This document shows positions 60,137-64,000 of a stretch of 64,000 nucleotides of DNA, piece by piece. How positions within the stretch are numbered: position 1 is the first letter of the stretch; every line of letters starts with the position of its first letter. The notes beneath the pieces were generated by a model. It searched no databases, was not told where the DNA came from, and saw only the letters and a program-made list of their open reading frames with translations. This stretch comes from Candidatus Falkowbacteria bacterium (GTDB lineage: Bacteria; Patescibacteriota; Patescibacteriia; UBA11705; JABHMO01), in contig JABHMO010000043.1 in assembly GCA_018693855.1 (NCBI GenBank), forward strand, positions 72,154-136,153. The letters are read 5' to 3'. A program made the translations under genes and the position numbers.

Positions 60137-60664
60137 TTAGCCAAAATCACGATCACGTTCATCTAATCTTTTTTTCCGAAAAGAGGTGTGCATCAGACTA
60201 CTACCACTTGGCCACTTTTCAGGTGTTCTTTCAAGCTCATAGTTTAGCTCCAGATACCTAACAGACCGTGGAACTCCAGCGATAATTCGTCTAAAATACA
60301 GCGCCAATTCAGAACCTGCAATCAACTTGAACCCAACACTTGTCATAGAACCATACAACTTTGTTCGGAAAAAGTACCGTGCAAGAAATGTTTCTTCATA
60401 CAAACTGCCAAAAAAGGCAAGCCTCAATTCCTTCACATCCTCCATCCATGACGTCCATTCATGAGGATTACTAAGGAAAAAGAGATAATCAGGATCACTC
60501 TTCTGTACAAGTTTTTTATATCTCAATAAAAGGTCATATCCTCTTTTCTTTTCGCTTTCAGGGAGTTTTTCCCACAGACGAACGAGATCCATCAAGCTGA
60601 GATCCAACCTAAACCGTAAACGTAAATTTTGCAACATTTCTTGAGCAGTTTTTGGTTCTGACAT
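60137..60664 (-). CDS. Orphan hypothetical protein
   Basis: 175 aa; GGAGG SD; TTGACA-N16-TATAAT at 60709-60736; terminator gacggcg/cgtcgtc plus U-tract at ~60097-60127. Confidence 0.65.
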   Translation of the reverse strand: MSEPKTAQEMLQNLRLRFRLDLSLMDLVRLWEKLPESEKKRGYDLLLRYKKLVQKSDPDYLFFLSNPHEWTSWMEDVKELRLAFFGSLYEETFLARYFFRTKLYGSMTSVGFKLIAGSELALYFRRIIAGVPRSVRYLELNYELERTPEKWPSGSSLMHTSFRKKRLDERDRDFG

Positions 60665-60819
60665 CGATCACCCTCCCGTGATGAATGTGACGAGACAAAC
60701 AACTACTAATTATAGAGAAAATCACGATTTTGTCAAGCTTGTTAATTAATTAACTTTAGGGTATAATATCTACACGAAGAACACATAATCTTTATTAGAT
60801 TTTATTTTAAAATTAATAC

Positions 60820-60863
60820 TTACTTCGATTCACTCCGCTTTACATCGATTTACCTCGATTCAC
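60820..60863. repeat. Family C 10-bp array copy 4
   Basis: ttacttcgat tcactccgct ttacatcgat ttacctcgat tcac. Confidence 0.8.
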
Positions 60864-60869
60864 CTCCCT

Positions 60870-62291
60870 ATGACTCCAAATTTCAAATCAAAACCAATAG
60901 AAGTAGATACAAAGGTCAATCTTTTGGACCAGAACGATAATAGACGACCAAAAGGTAAGAAAATTTTTAAAGTTAGTAAATTCATTATATATCTACTGGC
61001 TGTTATGATTGTGGCGTTTTTTGTATTCTCTTTTCAAGTTTTATTCACTGATAATAGCATTTCAAAAATCTTTGCTGGAAAAACAGGGTTTTTCGCGCAA
61101 CTAACAAGCTTGGCAGGAAACAGTTCTCCCCTATCCGGTGAAGCAGAAGACCGAATAAATATTTTACTACTTGGAATGGGTGGAGCTGGACATGATGGTC
61201 CATATCTAACAGACACAATAATGTTAGCCAGCATAAAACCATCAACGAAAAAAGTTTCAATGGTTAGTATTCCTCGTGACCTACTTGTTGAGATTCCTGG
61301 TTATGGTTATTGGAAGATTAATAACGCTAACGCTTTTCATGAACAGAAAAACGCTGGCAATGGCGGAGATCTGACAAAGGAAGTTGTTTCAAAAACTTTT
61401 GACATCCCAATTCATTATTATGTTAGAATAGATTTTGCTGGTTTTGAAAAAATCATTGACGAAATTGATGGAGTAAAAATAAATGTTGATAACAGTTTTA
61501 CTGATTACCAATACCCAACAAGTGATCACAAATATCAAGTTGTTTCATTTGAAACAGGAAATCAAACAATGGATGGTGAGACTGCTCTGAAATACTCTCG
61601 TAGTCGACATGGAAACAATGGCGAAGGATCTGATTTTGCAAGAAGTCAACGACAACAAAAAGTTCTGCAAGCGTTCAAACAAAGATTACTATCATACGAC
61701 TTTTTATTAAATCCAACAAAAATTAAAAAATTATCAAGAACATTATCTGACCATATTCGCACAGACCTTGAACTTTGGGAGACAATTAAATTAGCTCAAT
61801 TAGTCAAAGAAGTTGATACTGAAAATATTATTACAGAAGTGCTTGATGATAGTCCGGATGGATATCTTTATGCAAACATTGTAAATGAAGCCTACGTACT
61901 ATTACCAAAAGGAGACTCATTTTCTTACATCAATCATTTAATTAAGAATATTTTCAATCAAAACGATGAACAAGTCATTGCCGAAATAGAAGAAACTCAA
62001 GTCACAGTTGAAATCCGAAATGGAACAACGACTCCGGGACTCGCGTCTATCAATTCACAAGATTTGAAGTTCAAAGGATTCAAAATTTCAAAGATCGGAA
62101 ATGCACCTGTTCAAGATTACGAAAAAACACTTATTTACAAACTTTCTAATACTGTTTCTGAAAAAGAGACTGTATTAAAAGAAAAATATAATACAGAAAT
62201 ACTAGAAATAGCTATTCCTGATTGGGTAAAAGATCAAGCCGCTCCAGATTTAGATTACTTTGTAATTCTGGGTACGGATTTGAGTAAGTAA
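60870..62291 (+). CDS. LCP (LytR-CpsA-Psr) family protein with LytR C-terminal domain
   Basis: NILLLG, TDTIM, SIPRD, KIN, SDFARSQRQQ, VEIRNGT..PGLA, VILG.D. Confidence 0.92.
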   Translation: MTPNFKSKPIEVDTKVNLLDQNDNRRPKGKKIFKVSKFIIYLLAVMIVAFFVFSFQVLFTDNSISKIFAGKTGFFAQLTSLAGNSSPLSGEAEDRINILLLGMGGAGHDGPYLTDTIMLASIKPSTKKVSMVSIPRDLLVEIPGYGYWKINNANAFHEQKNAGNGGDLTKEVVSKTFDIPIHYYVRIDFAGFEKIIDEIDGVKINVDNSFTDYQYPTSDHKYQVVSFETGNQTMDGETALKYSRSRHGNNGEGSDFARSQRQQKVLQAFKQRLLSYDFLLNPTKIKKLSRTLSDHIRTDLELWETIKLAQLVKEVDTENIITEVLDDSPDGYLYANIVNEAYVLLPKGDSFSYINHLIKNIFNQNDEQVIAEIEETQVTVEIRNGTTTPGLASINSQDLKFKGFKISKIGNAPVQDYEKTLIYKLSNTVSEKETVLKEKYNTEILEIAIPDWVKDQAAPDLDYFVILGTDLSK

Positions 62292-62458
62292 AAAGGTTAA
62301 TCAAAACGTTAACCAAGTTAATCGAAAGGTTAACCGAGTTAGTCGCAAGATTTCTCACCCAGACTAGACGGCTAATTCTTATTAGATTACGGGTTTGAAA
62401 CTTGTGCGGTCGTATGACCGTATGACAAGGACGAAGGAATTAATCTTAAAACATCACT

Positions 62459-63859
62459 ATGCGAAAACATATAACAGATAAAAATATAGTTTCATTAATA
62501 GGTCGTACCAACGTAGGTAAATCGACTCTATTTAATAAACTGACAGAAAAAAAAGCTGCGCTTATTTCAAATGTAGCTGGGACAACTCGAGACAGAAGGT
62601 TTGGAGAGGTTTTATGGCGAGGAGAAACTTTTGTAATCTCAGACACTGCTGGTCTTGATGTAGAGTCTGAAGCTGAGATTGATATTGAATCAATCAAGAA
62701 AGCCAAGCAAGCATTAAAAGAGTCTGCTTTAGTTTTATTTGTTGTAGAAGCTGGTGACGGACTGATGCCTCAAGATAAAGAGTTTAACAAATTAATTAAA
62801 AAACAGAATAAAAACATAGTTTTAGTTGTCAATAAAGTTGATAACCCGACAAGATTGAATCAAATTGGTGAGTTTGAGAAACTGGGAATTAAAAACAGTT
62901 TCGCAGTAAGTGCAAAAACAGGTGCAGGACTAGGAGATCTACTTGATTATGTTTATGATAATTTGAAACTTGATAAAAAAGAAAAAGAAGAAGCGAAACT
63001 TACTCAAGAAGAGAAAGATCTAATTGCAAATGAGATTAAAATTGCGATTTTAGGTAAACCAAACGTTGGAAAGTCTTCATTAATCAACAGTATTATTGGA
63101 AAAGATGAAGTAATCGTTTCACCAATCGCACATACAACGAGAGAAAGCCAAGATCTAACAATTGAGTATAAAAAAGAAGATAAAAAATACAGGCTGACTT
63201 TTATTGACACTGCTGGCATGATTAAAAAAAGAAAAATCAGCGACAAATTTCAAGAACAAAGTATTGAACAAAGTTTAGGATCACTTGCTTACAGTGACCT
63301 TGCACTTCTAGTTATCGATGCGGACAAAGAGATCACAGCTCAAGATAAAAACATTGCCAAAGAAATTCTTGAAAGAAGTAAATCTTTAATGTTTATCGTT
63401 AACAAATGGGATCTAGTAAAAGACAAGGACACACATAGTGATAAAGTTTATATTGAGTTCCTACACCGATCATTCCCCTACTTAACTTGGGCACCAGTCA
63501 TCTTCACTTCAGCTAAAACAGGATTTCGAGTAGCCAGATTAATTGATGAAGTTCTTGAAATTAATGACAATCAAACTAAAAAAATATCAGAACAAGAGTT
63601 AGCTGAATTCAAGAGATTCATTATCAGAAAACAGTCTCCGAAAAAAACAAAAGGTACTAAACCACCTTTCATCCATATCATCAGACAGATAAAAACAAAA
63701 CCTCAGACTTTTGAAATCATTGCTGACACAGCCGACAACATCCATTTCTCATACCGTAGATTCATAACAAATCAACTAAGAGAAAAATACGGACTTTGGG
63801 GTTGTGGAGTGAAGTTGGTTTTAACAGAAAAAAATCCGAAAAAATCTCATCAAACATAA
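62459..63859 (+). CDS. der: Ribosome biogenesis GTPase Der (EngA)
   Basis: Two G domains: GRTNVGKS/DTAG/NKVD and GKPNVGKS/DTAG/NKWD. Confidence 0.96.
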   Translation: MRKHITDKNIVSLIGRTNVGKSTLFNKLTEKKAALISNVAGTTRDRRFGEVLWRGETFVISDTAGLDVESEAEIDIESIKKAKQALKESALVLFVVEAGDGLMPQDKEFNKLIKKQNKNIVLVVNKVDNPTRLNQIGEFEKLGIKNSFAVSAKTGAGLGDLLDYVYDNLKLDKKEKEEAKLTQEEKDLIANEIKIAILGKPNVGKSSLINSIIGKDEVIVSPIAHTTRESQDLTIEYKKEDKKYRLTFIDTAGMIKKRKISDKFQEQSIEQSLGSLAYSDLALLVIDADKEITAQDKNIAKEILERSKSLMFIVNKWDLVKDKDTHSDKVYIEFLHRSFPYLTWAPVIFTSAKTGFRVARLIDEVLEINDNQTKKISEQELAEFKRFIIRKQSPKKTKGTKPPFIHIIRQIKTKPQTFEIIADTADNIHFSYRRFITNQLREKYGLWGCGVKLVLTEKNPKKSHQT

Positions 63860-64000
63860 TTAGCCATTCTCCCCACCCGCCCGCCCTAATTTGTGCTGGC
63901 GCACGGCCGGTTTCGTTCGCTTTCACTCACTCAACCATTATTTAGTTATCTATCAACCTTAAAAACTAAACTCAATCCAAACAAATTGGTAGATTTGTAG

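Noticed and set aside
63869..63936. GC-rich stretch after der (gtttcgttcgctttcactcactcaacc)
   Set aside because: Looks REP-like but is single-copy in this window and near the edge, so it cannot be supported

Overview
AT-rich bacterial chromosome segment whose gene content points to Patescibacteria/CPR (Parcubacteria-like; inferred, no marker search run). UGA serves as a stop and RF2 is present. Housekeeping genes: gatB (partial), miaA, miaB, cfa, mraY-murD-ftsW, a minimal Fe-S operon (rrf2-iscU-nfu-iscS), rpmA, rsmA, prfB, htrA, nrdD/nrdG, ftsA-ftsZ, ybeY-dgkA, yqeY, rpsU, a divergent hisS, lepB, an LCP protein and der. There are two giant Cys-rich exported proteins (3176 and 2830 aa) with companion Asp-rich membrane proteins, a higher-GC accessory patch at about 15-19.5 kb, and a REP-associated Y1 transposase (RAYT-like) with matching palindromes. 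Most interesting: (1) the class III RNR is split, and its glycyl-radical RVVGY domain is a separate 48-aa ORF absent from the ORF track; (2) several unrelated repeat/hairpin families fill intercistronic spacers and end 6-8 nt before start codons, in a region where core genes lack Shine-Dalgarno motifs and nearly all start with U-AUG, while rpsU and accessory genes carry an SD; (3) a perfect sigma70 promoter and an intrinsic terminator bracket an unannotated ~100-nt RNA; (4) REP-like palindromes are nested inside each other and inside the RAYT coding sequence. No CRISPR array, tRNA or rRNA was seen. All calls come from manual motif recognition.
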